The notes under the pieces are model-generated. The model searched no databases. It saw nothing but the letters and a program-made list of their open reading frames with translations, and was not told the origin of the DNA. 64,000 nucleotides of DNA from a virus (taxonomy: Duplodnaviria > Caudoviricetes): positions 1-64,000 of IMG/VR virus record IMGVR_UViG_3300009873_000009; one strand, written 5' to 3'. The position numbers and the translations under genes were made by a program. This document shows positions 7,882 through 17,104 of this stretch, in pieces. The stretch's first letter is position 1. Each line of letters opens with the position of its first letter.

Positions 7882-9104
7882 TGCCGCGGGGCTTCTTTCC
7901 ACTCTCGAAGTTGCTTAGCAAAGCACCAACGCCCCTCCTGCCGCAGTGCGGGGCGTGCGGGCTCTACAAGCTTTGCAAGACACCCAAGATGCCTGTCAGC
8001 GGTGAGGGCCGCCGGCGCATCTTGGTGGTGGCGGAGGCCCCTGGCAAAGACGAAGACGACCAAGGCATCCAGTTGGTGGGGAAGTCCGGCACACTGTTGA
8101 AGGACAAGCTCCGCCAGCTGGGGGTGGATATGCGGCGAGACTGCTGGCTTACCAATGCCGTTATCTGCCGTCCCCCGAACAATGAGACGCCGGACAACAA
8201 TAAGATCGACTATTGTCGTCCCAATCTCATCAAGACATTAAACGAACTAAAGCCGGAGATCATCATCCCGATTGGTAAGTCCGCAGTACGCTCTTTGATC
8301 GGGCACGTCTGGAAGGACTCCGACCTGGGTGAGATGTCCCGCTGGGCCGGCTGGAACATTCCTTGCCAGAAACCGAACGCTTGGATTTGCCCGACGTACC
8401 ACCCCGCCTACCTGCTGCGAATGAACGACCCGCTTCTGGACAAGCTGTTCAGCGAGCACCTGGAGGCGGCGATCGAGCATGAGGGACGACCTTGGAAGGA
8501 GATACCGGACTACAAAGCACAGGTCGAGTGTGTCCAAGACGTGAACAAGGCGGCCAGGATCATACGTGAGTTCATTCAGCGAGGAGGCGTGAGCGCCTTT
8601 GATTACGAAACGACCAGCATCAAACCGGAGCACGAGCAAGCAGACATCCTCGCCGCGTCTATCTGCTGGCGGGGAAAGCGGACCATAGCTTTCCCGATGT
8701 ACGGCGAGGCGCGGCAAGCTATGCGCGAGTTCCTGGAATCAGATGTCCCCAAGATCGGGGCGAACATGAAATTCGAGGACAGGTGGAGTCGGCGGGTGCT
8801 TGGCGTGCATGTCCGCAAGTGGTATTGGGATACAGTGCTGGGCGCTCACACAGAGGACCAGCGTGAAGGGACCACAAGCGTCAAGTTTCAAGCGTTTGTT
8901 CGGCTCGGTGTGATGAGCTACGACGACCATATCAAACCCCTCCTCAAAGCCAAGAAAGGAACCAAGGTCAACCAAGCACGGCGCGAGATTGATCTATCTG
9001 ACCTACTTCTTTACAACGGATTGGATTCACTTCTGGAGTACCTCATCGCAATGGAGCAGATGCGGTCCCTGAAGTACCCCTTACCTCAAGGAGCTGGAAA
9101 ATGA
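7881..9104 (+). CDS. Family-4 uracil-DNA glycosylase fused to PolA-type 3'-5' exonuclease
   Basis: CGAC, VAEAPG, NAVICRP, TYHPAYLLR (UDG4); then AFDYETT, NMKFE, WDT, YNGLDS (exonuclease). Confidence 0.88.
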   Translation: MPRGFFPLSKLLSKAPTPLLPQCGACGLYKLCKTPKMPVSGEGRRRILVVAEAPGKDEDDQGIQLVGKSGTLLKDKLRQLGVDMRRDCWLTNAVICRPPNNETPDNNKIDYCRPNLIKTLNELKPEIIIPIGKSAVRSLIGHVWKDSDLGEMSRWAGWNIPCQKPNAWICPTYHPAYLLRMNDPLLDKLFSEHLEAAIEHEGRPWKEIPDYKAQVECVQDVNKAARIIREFIQRGGVSAFDYETTSIKPEHEQADILAASICWRGKRTIAFPMYGEARQAMREFLESDVPKIGANMKFEDRWSRRVLGVHVRKWYWDTVLGAHTEDQREGTTSVKFQAFVRLGVMSYDDHIKPLLKAKKGTKVNQARREIDLSDLLLYNGLDSLLEYLIAMEQMRSLKYPLPQGAGK

Positions 9105-10315
9105 GTCAACTGGTGTTCTCTCGGAAGGAAAACGAGAAGGTCGTCATCGGCCAAGAACTGGTCGTCATCCAAGTCGAGGACATCCGCGACAAGCGGGTCC
9201 ACCTGCGGATCACTGCGGGTGAGGAGCTGCGGATCGACCGTAGCGAGATCTACACTGAGATACGTGAGCGGGTTTCCAAGGACGCGGCTTCTCTCCTGGA
9301 CTATCCTGCGGACGAACAGATGCTTGCCGGCATCCAAGGGGACGTCAGAGCATGGTCGTCAGGTAACTTCGGAGAGCAGGCGTCCAAGAGCCAGCCAGGT
9401 CTCGTGCTCGGCTCGCTCGCGCCAAGCGAGGGACTGACTGAGGAGATCGGAGAGCTGTGCGCCGCCAAGGATACGGCCGAGTTCAAAGACGCACTCGGCG
9501 ACATCCTCATCTACCTCTGCGACTTTTGCTGGCGTTGGTGGGACGGGGACTCGATTGCTCACTACGTCGGGTTCTTTGACGTCGGGGCTTCCGAGGGGGT
9601 CGCCTTGTGTCTTGCGGAACAACCGGACCCGCTCGTCCTCGCGCGTCTCCATCTCCAGGTCGTCTCTGCGCGGGGAAGCCTCGCACACGCGACCCTAAAG
9701 CACCACCAGGGTATTCGCAAGTTTGCCAGTGAACCCTACTACCGCCAGATGGCTCAGGAGGCCATAGGCAAGCTCATCACCGCTGTCTCACGCCTTTGTG
9801 TCTACGCTCTGCGCCGGCGGGCGGAGGCGGTGCTTCTCGAGGTCTGGACCAAGATCGTCTCCAAACGCAACTGGAAGGTAAATCAGGCGGAGGGGAAGGT
9901 CGGTCGGGCTATCGTCCGCATTCCCTCCCACACTCCTTCCGAGGCCGAGGCGTACCAGAAGGGACAGGAGGCGTGGTGGCGCTTCGTAGATGTCGGGGTC
10001 TCAGCCGCCATCGTCAATCCATACCCTCCGCACTCTTACCTCGCCATCGCTTTTGATGCGGGAGTTGCCTTGCAACGCCAGGCGGATGAGTCCGTGAGCA
10101 AAACACTCGGCGAGATCGTTCACGCCGAGTCTTGTCCCAATGACACAAACGGCGACGGGGATTGCCATAAGTGCGCCCCTGGCCCTTGCCGCGAGGCCCC
10201 TCCCTCGTCGTGGGCGGAACAGGTGATGGACGAGACCGGCCAGAGCCCAATCTACAGCAACCCTTCCGAGGCCCCGCTCGCCGAGGAAGAATTCACCGTG
10301 GACCTGGAGAGCTAG
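9101..10315 (+). CDS. CsrA-like domain + MazG-like NTP pyrophosphohydrolase + Rmf-like motif fusion
   Basis: LVFSRKENEKVVIG...VHLRITAGEELRIDRSEIY (CsrA pattern); GLTEEIGEL...KDALGDILIYL (MazG); AYQKGQEA...NPY...AFDAG. Confidence 0.72.
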   Translation: MSQLVFSRKENEKVVIGQELVVIQVEDIRDKRVHLRITAGEELRIDRSEIYTEIRERVSKDAASLLDYPADEQMLAGIQGDVRAWSSGNFGEQASKSQPGLVLGSLAPSEGLTEEIGELCAAKDTAEFKDALGDILIYLCDFCWRWWDGDSIAHYVGFFDVGASEGVALCLAEQPDPLVLARLHLQVVSARGSLAHATLKHHQGIRKFASEPYYRQMAQEAIGKLITAVSRLCVYALRRRAEAVLLEVWTKIVSKRNWKVNQAEGKVGRAIVRIPSHTPSEAEAYQKGQEAWWRFVDVGVSAAIVNPYPPHSYLAIAFDAGVALQRQADESVSKTLGEIVHAESCPNDTNGDGDCHKCAPGPCREAPPSSWAEQVMDETGQSPIYSNPSEAPLAEEEFTVDLES

Positions 10316-10316
10316 G

Positions 10317-11744
10317 ATGCGAACAATACCCGCCACGCCGGAAGCGTATGACCTGCTGCACAAGGGCAGTCTCGTCCTGTCGCGTATCGAACACAACGGT
10401 ATGCGAGTAGACATGCCCCGTCTAAGGAAAACCCTGGACGAGATGCAGCGGGACATCGCCATTCTGGAAGAAGAGTTCATGGATACGGACCTCTACAAGG
10501 AATGGAAGCGGGCTTGCGGACGCAAGTTCAACTTCAACAGCCGGCAGCAACTGGCGCATGTGTTGTTCAACGTCCTCGGCTATCAAGGCGAGGAGACCGA
10601 GAAGTCCAAGGAGACGGACGACCCGAAGAAGAAGCGCTTCAAGGCGGACGAGAGCGCCCTGGAGCGCGTGGACCATCCAGCAATCAAAACCTACATCCGC
10701 AGGTCCAAGCTCACCCACCTGCGGTCCCATCACTTCAACCCTATCCTCCGGGAGGCAACGGCGGAGGGGTTCGTACATGCGAGTTTCAACCTCAACCTGG
10801 CCGCGTCGTACCGCAGCCAGTGCGAAGACCCGAACCTTCAGAACATCCCCATCCGCGACCCTGTGCTGGCGCAACTGATCCGCGGATGCTACATCGCCCG
10901 GAGTCCTAAGCACCAGATTGTTGAAGTGGACTTTAGCGGTATCGAGGTCCGAGTGGCGGCGTGCTACCACAAAGACCCGACGATGATCACCTACATCAAG
11001 GACAAGACGAAGGACATGCATCGCGACATGGCTGCGCAGTGCTACATGCTCAAGCCCGAGCAGGTAGACAAGGCCATGCGTTACTGCGGCAAGAATATGT
11101 TTGTATTCCCGCAGTTCTACGGCGACTTCTACCTGCACTGCGCCAAGTCGCTGTGGGAAGCGATCGAGATGTTCGGTGGCAAGGGACTGTCCCTGGACGG
11201 GAAGTCCCTTTACCGTCACCTTCGTAAGAAGGGCATCACCGAGCTCGGCCCACTCGAGGTGGAGGAGAAACCGCCGGTCGGGACGTTCATGAGGCATATC
11301 AAAGAAGTCGAGCAGGACTTCTGGCAGAGAAGGTTCCGAGTCTACGGCGCATGGAAGAAGTCCTGGTTCAAGAAGTATCAGCAAACCGGGTCACTCCGTA
11401 TGCTGTCCGGGTTCAACGTACACGGGCACCTGACTCGGAACGAAGTCATCAACTATCCCGTCCAAGGTGCGGCGTTCCATTGCCTGTTGTGGTGTCTCAT
11501 TCGGATTGACCGCTGGCTGCGGAAGAACCGAATGAAGACAAGACTCACCAACGAGATCCATGACAGCGTGATTGGGGATGTCTACAAGCCCGAGCTGGAG
11601 GACTACCTCGGCAAGCTCAAGGAGATTATGACGGTAGACCTGCCCCGCGCCTGGGACTGGCTCATCGTTCCACTGGAGGTCGAGGCCGAGGTCGCCCCGC
11701 TCGGTGGTTCGTGGGCGGACAAGAAAGGAGTGGAGATTCCTTGA
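10317..11744 (+). CDS. Family A DNA polymerase, polymerase domain only
   Basis: FNSRQQL, PNLQNIP, VDFSGIEVR (motif A), RYCGKNMFVFPQFYG (motif B), NYPVQG, IHDS (motif C). Confidence 0.92.
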   Translation: MRTIPATPEAYDLLHKGSLVLSRIEHNGMRVDMPRLRKTLDEMQRDIAILEEEFMDTDLYKEWKRACGRKFNFNSRQQLAHVLFNVLGYQGEETEKSKETDDPKKKRFKADESALERVDHPAIKTYIRRSKLTHLRSHHFNPILREATAEGFVHASFNLNLAASYRSQCEDPNLQNIPIRDPVLAQLIRGCYIARSPKHQIVEVDFSGIEVRVAACYHKDPTMITYIKDKTKDMHRDMAAQCYMLKPEQVDKAMRYCGKNMFVFPQFYGDFYLHCAKSLWEAIEMFGGKGLSLDGKSLYRHLRKKGITELGPLEVEEKPPVGTFMRHIKEVEQDFWQRRFRVYGAWKKSWFKKYQQTGSLRMLSGFNVHGHLTRNEVINYPVQGAAFHCLLWCLIRIDRWLRKNRMKTRLTNEIHDSVIGDVYKPELEDYLGKLKEIMTVDLPRAWDWLIVPLEVEAEVAPLGGSWADKKGVEIP

Positions 11745-11941
11745 CAATTCAACTGATCGGCGGTCCCTGTGATGGGGAGATTCGGGAGGTTCCGGAGCAT
11801 GTCAGCACTTACCAGAAGCTCGCTTGCACAGCAGACCCTCTTGATCCAAGCTCCTATACGCTTCACAGCTGGGTCAAACGTCCCGGCTTCCACGTACCAC
11901 CAATTCCGTTCGACCACACAACCGCAGAAAGGATGCTATGA
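11741..11941 (+). CDS. Small GGPxDG-motif protein
   Basis: TTG start overlapping the polymerase stop, LIGGPCDG; ATGA overlap with the next gene. Confidence 0.6.
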   Translation: MTIQLIGGPCDGEIREVPEHVSTYQKLACTADPLDPSSYTLHSWVKRPGFHVPPIPFDHTTAERML

Positions 11942-12858
11942 CGGAACTATACAAGACATATCGCCCGCGGAAGCTCAGCCAGGTCTACGGCCAGAAGGAT
12001 GCCGTTGCCATCCTCACCAAGAAGATCGAGCGCAAGGAGCTTCCTCACGCGCTTATCCTTTGTGGGCCGTCCGGTTGCGGGAAGACGACCATTGCCCGCA
12101 TCCTCCGCCGACCACTCGAGTGTGACAAGGCCGAGTTCAGGGAACTGAACTGCGCCGACACGCGGGGACTGGACACGATCCGAGAGATTCGGTCCCGTAT
12201 GAACCTGGCACCACTTCGGGGCAAGTCCAAGATCTATCTCTTGGACGAGGTTCACATGCTCACCAAGGAGTCTCAGAACGCACTTCTGAAGATGCTCGAA
12301 GATACTCCCAAGCACGTCTACTTTCAGTTGTGCACGACGGAGCCTCAGAAGCTCATCAAGACCATCCACACACGATCCACCATCGTGCAGGTCAAGTCCC
12401 TGTCCGATGGGGAGTTGGAGAAGCTTCTGGACTACGTGTGCACCCAAGAGAAGATCCACATTAGTGAGGAGGTTCTCGCCCGCATCGTCCAATTCAGCGA
12501 CGGGTCGGCTCGGCAGGCGCTGGTCCTCCTGGACCAAGTCTACCGCCTGGACGGCGAGGAGGCACAGCTGAGCGCCGTCGAGTCTACGACCACCGAGCGC
12601 GAGGGCAAGGAGCTTGTGAAAGCACTCATTGACCCGAAGGTTCGCTGGCCCGAAATTGCCAACATCCTGAAGAAGACCACCGAGGAACCGGAGAAAGTAC
12701 GCCGCGCGGTCCTGGGGTACGCCACTGCCGTTATGCTCAACGGAGGCAAGCTGGCAGCGCGTTGTGTCCTCATCCTCGCGACGTTCAGGGACCACTTTTA
12801 CGACTGTGGGAAGGCCGGGTTGGTGTTGGCTTGCCACGAGGTCGTCTCGCAACGCTAG
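11938..12858 (+). CDS. DnaX (gamma/tau)-like clamp loader AAA+
   Basis: YRPRKLSQVYGQ, GPSGCGKTT, LLDEVHML, QNALLKMLED. Confidence 0.9.
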   Translation: MTELYKTYRPRKLSQVYGQKDAVAILTKKIERKELPHALILCGPSGCGKTTIARILRRPLECDKAEFRELNCADTRGLDTIREIRSRMNLAPLRGKSKIYLLDEVHMLTKESQNALLKMLEDTPKHVYFQLCTTEPQKLIKTIHTRSTIVQVKSLSDGELEKLLDYVCTQEKIHISEEVLARIVQFSDGSARQALVLLDQVYRLDGEEAQLSAVESTTTEREGKELVKALIDPKVRWPEIANILKKTTEEPEKVRRAVLGYATAVMLNGGKLAARCVLILATFRDHFYDCGKAGLVLACHEVVSQR

Positions 12859-12868
12859 GACCAAAGCC

Positions 12869-13372
12869 ATGGCTCACAAGGACGAGGAAGAACAGGGGTT
12901 GTTTGATATTGACATCTACAACCTCGAGGAGGAATGGATGCGTCAGCCGAAGATGTTCGGGGACTATTCCGAGCAGCTGGCGGACGCTCGCAAGGAGATG
13001 AACGAAGCCAAGGCGGAGCTGGAGTTGACGCAGGCTACCCTGTCAAACCGCATCCGCAAGAACCCGGTCAAATACAAGATTGAAGGTCGGGTGACGGAGG
13101 GGGGTATCAGCGAAGCGGTGCTTTGCCATCCTCGCTACCGTGACGCCCTGGCGTCGTTCAACGAAGCCCGCCACAAGGTTGATCTTCTGGAAGGGGTCGT
13201 CAAGACCCTGGACCAGCGCAAGCGCGCCTTGGAGAACCTGGTGGACTTGCACGGGCAGCAATACTTTTCAGTCCCCGCCACCAAGAACAAGGAGCTCAAG
13301 GAGGCTGTTGACAGGCAGTCCAAGTCGCGGTCGTACCGCAGGGCCAAGTTCACCGGAGAGGAGGATGAGTAA
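12869..13372 (+). CDS. UvsY-like recombination mediator
   Basis: DIDIYNLEEEWMRQPKMF plus coiled coil; lies next to the SSB and RecA genes. Confidence 0.6.
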   Translation: MAHKDEEEQGLFDIDIYNLEEEWMRQPKMFGDYSEQLADARKEMNEAKAELELTQATLSNRIRKNPVKYKIEGRVTEGGISEAVLCHPRYRDALASFNEARHKVDLLEGVVKTLDQRKRALENLVDLHGQQYFSVPATKNKELKEAVDRQSKSRSYRRAKFTGEEDE

Positions 13373-13509
13373 TGGACTTGAATTCTTTCTGGTTCCCGCT
13401 TGGGATCATCTTGGTCCCGGTTGCTGTTTTCTATTCCGTTAAGCTCGGCACGTATGCTTACCTGGAAGCGTGCCGGCGTTTCCGCCAGGACTATCCTCAG
13501 GAGAAGTAA
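13372..13509 (+). CDS. 45-aa membrane protein
   Basis: MDLNSFWFPLGIILVPVAVFYSVKLG...; TAATG overlap. Confidence 0.55.
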   Translation: MDLNSFWFPLGIILVPVAVFYSVKLGTYAYLEACRRFRQDYPQEK

Positions 13510-13512
13510 GAG

Positions 13513-14850
13513 ATGTCTACGAAGACAAGGAAGAAGCGTGAGGAACGGACGGTCTCCGCCAAGCGCTACGCGAAGGAGCACAGCAGTGGCTTTTCGAGGA
13601 CGACCATCACCATCCCCGAGAATATGTCCCTGTTCCAGCTCAAGAAGGCGGGGACGTACCGCCTGGAGATCATTCCGTTCACGGCTGGGGAGGGCAACCC
13701 GTTCGCGGACCCTGGCTCGCCTCACTTCGAGCGGACGTTCTGGATTCACCGGGATGTCGGCCCGAACAACGACGCTTATGTCTGCCCGAAGAAAACCTTC
13801 GGCAAGAAGTGCCCGATCTGCGAACACCGGGCCAAGCTCGGCAACGACCCGGACGTGGACGACGAGCTCGTGAAGGCGCTGGTCCCCAAGGAGCGTCAGC
13901 TCTTCTTGGTCCTCGACCACGCCGACCGGGAGAAGGGAGTGCAGCTGTGGGACATCTCCTTCCACCTGTTCGGCAAGCTGCTCAAGACCAAGCTCGACAA
14001 CGCCGATGAGGAGGATGGCTACGAATACTTCGCCGATCTCAAGAAGGGTTTGACCCTCAAGCTCGGCGTGGAGGAGAAGTCGTTCGGCGGCAACACCTTC
14101 TACGAGGTCAAGGACATCGAGTTCAAGAAGCGCAAGGAGGAGCTCGACTTGGACATGGATGACCAGCCCTGTCTCGACGACCTGCTGAAGGAGATGGAGT
14201 ACGACGAGCTTCGCAAGATCTTCCTCCAGACCGACGACGAAGATGATGAGGACGAGGAGGAGGATGACGACGACAAGCCGAAGAAGTCCTCGAAGAAGGA
14301 CAAGAAGAAGTCCAAGCCGGCAGACGACGATGAGGATGAGGAGGAGGAGGACGACGATGAGGATGAGGAGGAGGACGATGAGGATGAGGACGATGATGAG
14401 CCCAAGAAGGGTAAGAAGAAGTCCTCCCCACCGGTGGCCAAGTCCAAGGGCATCAAGGTTGGCACGATGGTCGAGCACGAGGACCACGGCCTCTGCAAAG
14501 TCGTCCATATCAGCGGGGACGGCACGTCCCTCAAGCTGGAGGATGAGGATGGAGACGTCCACAAGGCAATCGGTGTAGCCGAGGTGGAGGTCGCCGAGGA
14601 CGAAGACGAGGATGAACCCAAGAAGGGCAAGTCTTCAAGCAAGGGGAAGAAGTCGTCCAAGAAGTCCTCAGACGATGATGAGGACGAGGAGGATGACGAC
14701 GACATCCCTTTTGACGATGACGAGGACGATGACGAGGACGATGACGAGGACGATGACGACGACGAGCCCAAGAAGAAGAAGGGAAAGGGCAAGAAGTCCA
14801 AGCCGGCGGATGAGGAGGATGAGGATGAGGATGACGAGGATGATGACTAA
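13513..14850 (+). CDS. gp32-like ssDNA-binding protein with long D/E-K tail and embedded SH3/KOW-like domain
   Basis: FERTFWIH, CPKKTFGKKCPICE, VQLWD; alternating acidic and basic blocks; GIKVGTMVEHEDHGLCKV. Confidence 0.8.
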   Translation: MSTKTRKKREERTVSAKRYAKEHSSGFSRTTITIPENMSLFQLKKAGTYRLEIIPFTAGEGNPFADPGSPHFERTFWIHRDVGPNNDAYVCPKKTFGKKCPICEHRAKLGNDPDVDDELVKALVPKERQLFLVLDHADREKGVQLWDISFHLFGKLLKTKLDNADEEDGYEYFADLKKGLTLKLGVEEKSFGGNTFYEVKDIEFKKRKEELDLDMDDQPCLDDLLKEMEYDELRKIFLQTDDEDDEDEEEDDDDKPKKSSKKDKKKSKPADDDEDEEEEDDDEDEEEDDEDEDDDEPKKGKKKSSPPVAKSKGIKVGTMVEHEDHGLCKVVHISGDGTSLKLEDEDGDVHKAIGVAEVEVAEDEDEDEPKKGKSSSKGKKSSKKSSDDDEDEEDDDDIPFDDDEDDDEDDDEDDDDDEPKKKKGKGKKSKPADEEDEDEDDEDDD

Positions 14851-14898
14851 TCGTCCTGGCGACCGGTGGTGAAGTCCCATAACTAAACTATCACCTGA

Positions 14899-14965
14899 AC
14901 AGCGGTGGAACTAGGGGTGGCATCCCTGTTCTGGTACGCTTCGGGTTCAAATCCCAGCCGCTGTC
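14899..14965 (+). ncRNA. tRNA-like element with only one internal arm
   Basis: Acceptor ACAGCGG/CCGCTGT, T-arm TCGGG-TTCAAAT-CCCAG abutting it, and a single hairpin GAAC..GTTC. No encoded CCA. Confidence 0.55.
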
Positions 14966-14984
14966 CTTCCCCCGGAGAACAATC

Positions 14985-16100
14985 ATGAGCACTGCCAAGA
15001 AACTGAAGTCCCTCCTTAGCAAGAAGTCCGCCAAGGAGAGCAAGACAATCCCAAGCTCGGACTTCGTGAGCACTGGTAGCACCTGCCTGAACCTGGCCAT
15101 CTCAGACCGTCCTCGGTGCGGGTTCGCCAAGGGTAAATACTACCTGCTGGTAGGAGACAGCAGCTCCGGCAAGACGTTTCTCACCCTGACGTGCGTGGCT
15201 GAGGCCGCCATCAACAAGCACTTCGAAGAGTACGACTTCGTGTATGACGACGTCGAGGGCGGGGCGCTCATGAACCTGGATAAGTTCTTCGGCCCTGCCG
15301 TAGTCGAGCGGTTGCAGTCTCCGGCAATGGATGGGGACATGCCAGTCCATTCCTCCACCGTCGAGGAATTCTTCTACCACGTTGACGATCGGATCAAGTC
15401 CGGTCGGCCGTTTATCTACATCCTGGACAGCTCAGATGCTCTGACCAGCGACCAGGAGGAAGCCAAGTTCGAGGAGCAGAAGAAGGCCCACCGCAAGGGC
15501 AAGGAAACCACCGGCGTAATGACCGACGGTAAGGCCAAGCTCTACTCCTCGAAACTCCGCAAGATCATCAAGGGGCTACGCAAGACCGGGTCCATCCTCA
15601 TCATCATCTGCCAGACTCGCGACAGTATGGGTGGCGGGTTCTCCGAGAAGACTCGCGCCGGCGGTCGAGCGTTAAAGTTCTACGCCGCGACGGAGATCTG
15701 GTCCTCCGTCAAGACCAAGCACAAGCGCGAAGTGCGGGGGAAGAAACGGACCATCGGGATTCAGTGCCTGTTGCAAATCAAGAAGAACCGCCACAGCGGT
15801 AAGGAGGGAACAACGGTGGAAGTTCCCATCTACTGGTCAACAGGCATTGACGACATCGGCGCGTGCGTTGACTACCTGATTGAAGAGAAGCACCTGAAGA
15901 AGTCCCAAGGCATTATCAACGCTAAGAAGGACTTCGGGTTCTCCGGAACCCGCGAGGATCTCATTAAGCATATCGAGGAGGAAGACCTCTACCGCGAGCT
16001 GCAAGGGGTCTGCGGGCAAGTCTGGAAGGAGGTCTTGTCCGAGTGCGTTGTCGACCGGCGCTCGCGGTTCCACAAGCACTCCGAGGAGAAAGATGAATAA
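14985..16100 (+). CDS. RecA/UvsX-like recombinase
   Basis: VSTGS, GDSSSGKT (Walker A), ILDSSDAL, GGRALKFYA. Confidence 0.9.
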   Translation: MSTAKKLKSLLSKKSAKESKTIPSSDFVSTGSTCLNLAISDRPRCGFAKGKYYLLVGDSSSGKTFLTLTCVAEAAINKHFEEYDFVYDDVEGGALMNLDKFFGPAVVERLQSPAMDGDMPVHSSTVEEFFYHVDDRIKSGRPFIYILDSSDALTSDQEEAKFEEQKKAHRKGKETTGVMTDGKAKLYSSKLRKIIKGLRKTGSILIIICQTRDSMGGGFSEKTRAGGRALKFYAATEIWSSVKTKHKREVRGKKRTIGIQCLLQIKKNRHSGKEGTTVEVPIYWSTGIDDIGACVDYLIEEKHLKKSQGIINAKKDFGFSGTREDLIKHIEEEDLYRELQGVCGQVWKEVLSECVVDRRSRFHKHSEEKDE

Positions 16101-16272
16101 CGACATACGGCTGCTGCTAGAAAGCATGGCCAGAAGCCTGGGTGGGGAGTCAGGGGGGTTGAAGCACTTCGGACTAGATACAAATGCCTGGCACAATCTC
16201 CTGTTCTTCCACGCGGAGAAAGCCATTTCACGGGAACAACGCAATGAAACGCTGGCTAATCCTGGACTGTAA
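16093..16272 (+). CDS. Hypothetical protein
   Basis: 59-aa ORF bridging recA and the exonuclease, overlapping both. Confidence 0.45.
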   Translation: MNNDIRLLLESMARSLGGESGGLKHFGLDTNAWHNLLFFHAEKAISREQRNETLANPGL

Positions 16273-17104
16273 CTATCTGTGCCACCGCGCGTTCCATGCG
16301 ATGGGGGCATTGGAATTCAACGACGCTCCGACCGGCGTGATCTACGGGTTCCTCCGCGACCTGGCGGTCCTCCAAGACGAGCTCGACTCCACCGATCTGG
16401 TCTTCTGCTTCGACTACGGCCGCAGCCTTCGCTATGTAGACCTGCCCAGCTATAAGGCAAGCAGGAACCAGCGAGCCAAGGAAGCTCCTCGGGAGGAACA
16501 GATCACCCGCAAGCGATTCCGCCAGCAGGTGGACCTGTTGCGGGATCACCTGCTGCGGGGGATTGGGTTCCGAAACATCTTCTTGCAGGAGGGATACGAA
16601 GCGGACGACATCATTGCTTCTGTTGTCCGCAATACCATACCGAAGGAGGACATGGCCGTCGTTGTATCCGCGGACAAGGATTTATATCAAGTCTTGCGAG
16701 AGAAGAAGCCAGTTGCTTCGCTTTACAATCCGGCCACGAAGCGGTGGTTCACGATTGGGATGTTCCACCAGACCTACGGTATCGAGCCTGGGATGTGGTG
16801 CGACGTCAAGGCTAGATCCGGTTGTAAGACAGACGACATTCCGGGTATCCCAGGCATCGGAGACATCACCGCCGCCGCGTACATCCGAGGAGCGTTAAAG
16901 CCAGGTAAGAAGTTCGACGCGATTGTGTGGGGAACCAAGATCTACAAGAAGAACCTACACCTCGTCACCCTGCCATATCCGGGAGTACGAACAGACTTCG
17001 AACTGCGGGAGGACAGGGTCACAATCAAGAAGTGGAAGGCCGTTTGTGCCGAGTTCGGTCTCCGCTCCATCCGCCACCAGGCACCAATCAGGAGGAAGCC
17101 GTGA
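16244..17104 (+). CDS. 5'-3' exonuclease/flap endonuclease (PolA N-terminal / T4 RNase H-like)
   Basis: LILDCNYLCHRAFH, EADDII, SADKDLYQ, DDIPGIPGIG. Confidence 0.9.
   Translation: MKRWLILDCNYLCHRAFHAMGALEFNDAPTGVIYGFLRDLAVLQDELDSTDLVFCFDYGRSLRYVDLPSYKASRNQRAKEAPREEQITRKRFRQQVDLLRDHLLRGIGFRNIFLQEGYEADDIIASVVRNTIPKEDMAVVVSADKDLYQVLREKKPVASLYNPATKRWFTIGMFHQTYGIEPGMWCDVKARSGCKTDDIPGIPGIGDITAAAYIRGALKPGKKFDAIVWGTKIYKKNLHLVTLPYPGVRTDFELREDRVTIKKWKAVCAEFGLRSIRHQAPIRRKP

Noticed and set aside
9101-10315. Intron or intein interrupting polA
   Set aside because: Both polymerase parts have their own start and stop with translational coupling. I see no group I/II or intein terminal motifs, and the insert is not a homing endonuclease.
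13135-14801. Long minus-strand ORFs (475 aa Leu/Ile-rich; 233 aa poly-Ser)
   Set aside because: These are antisense shadows of the low-complexity SSB gene.
14899-14965. Canonical tRNA gene
   Set aside because: There is room for only one of the D and anticodon arms and no CCA, so it is kept as tRNA-like only.
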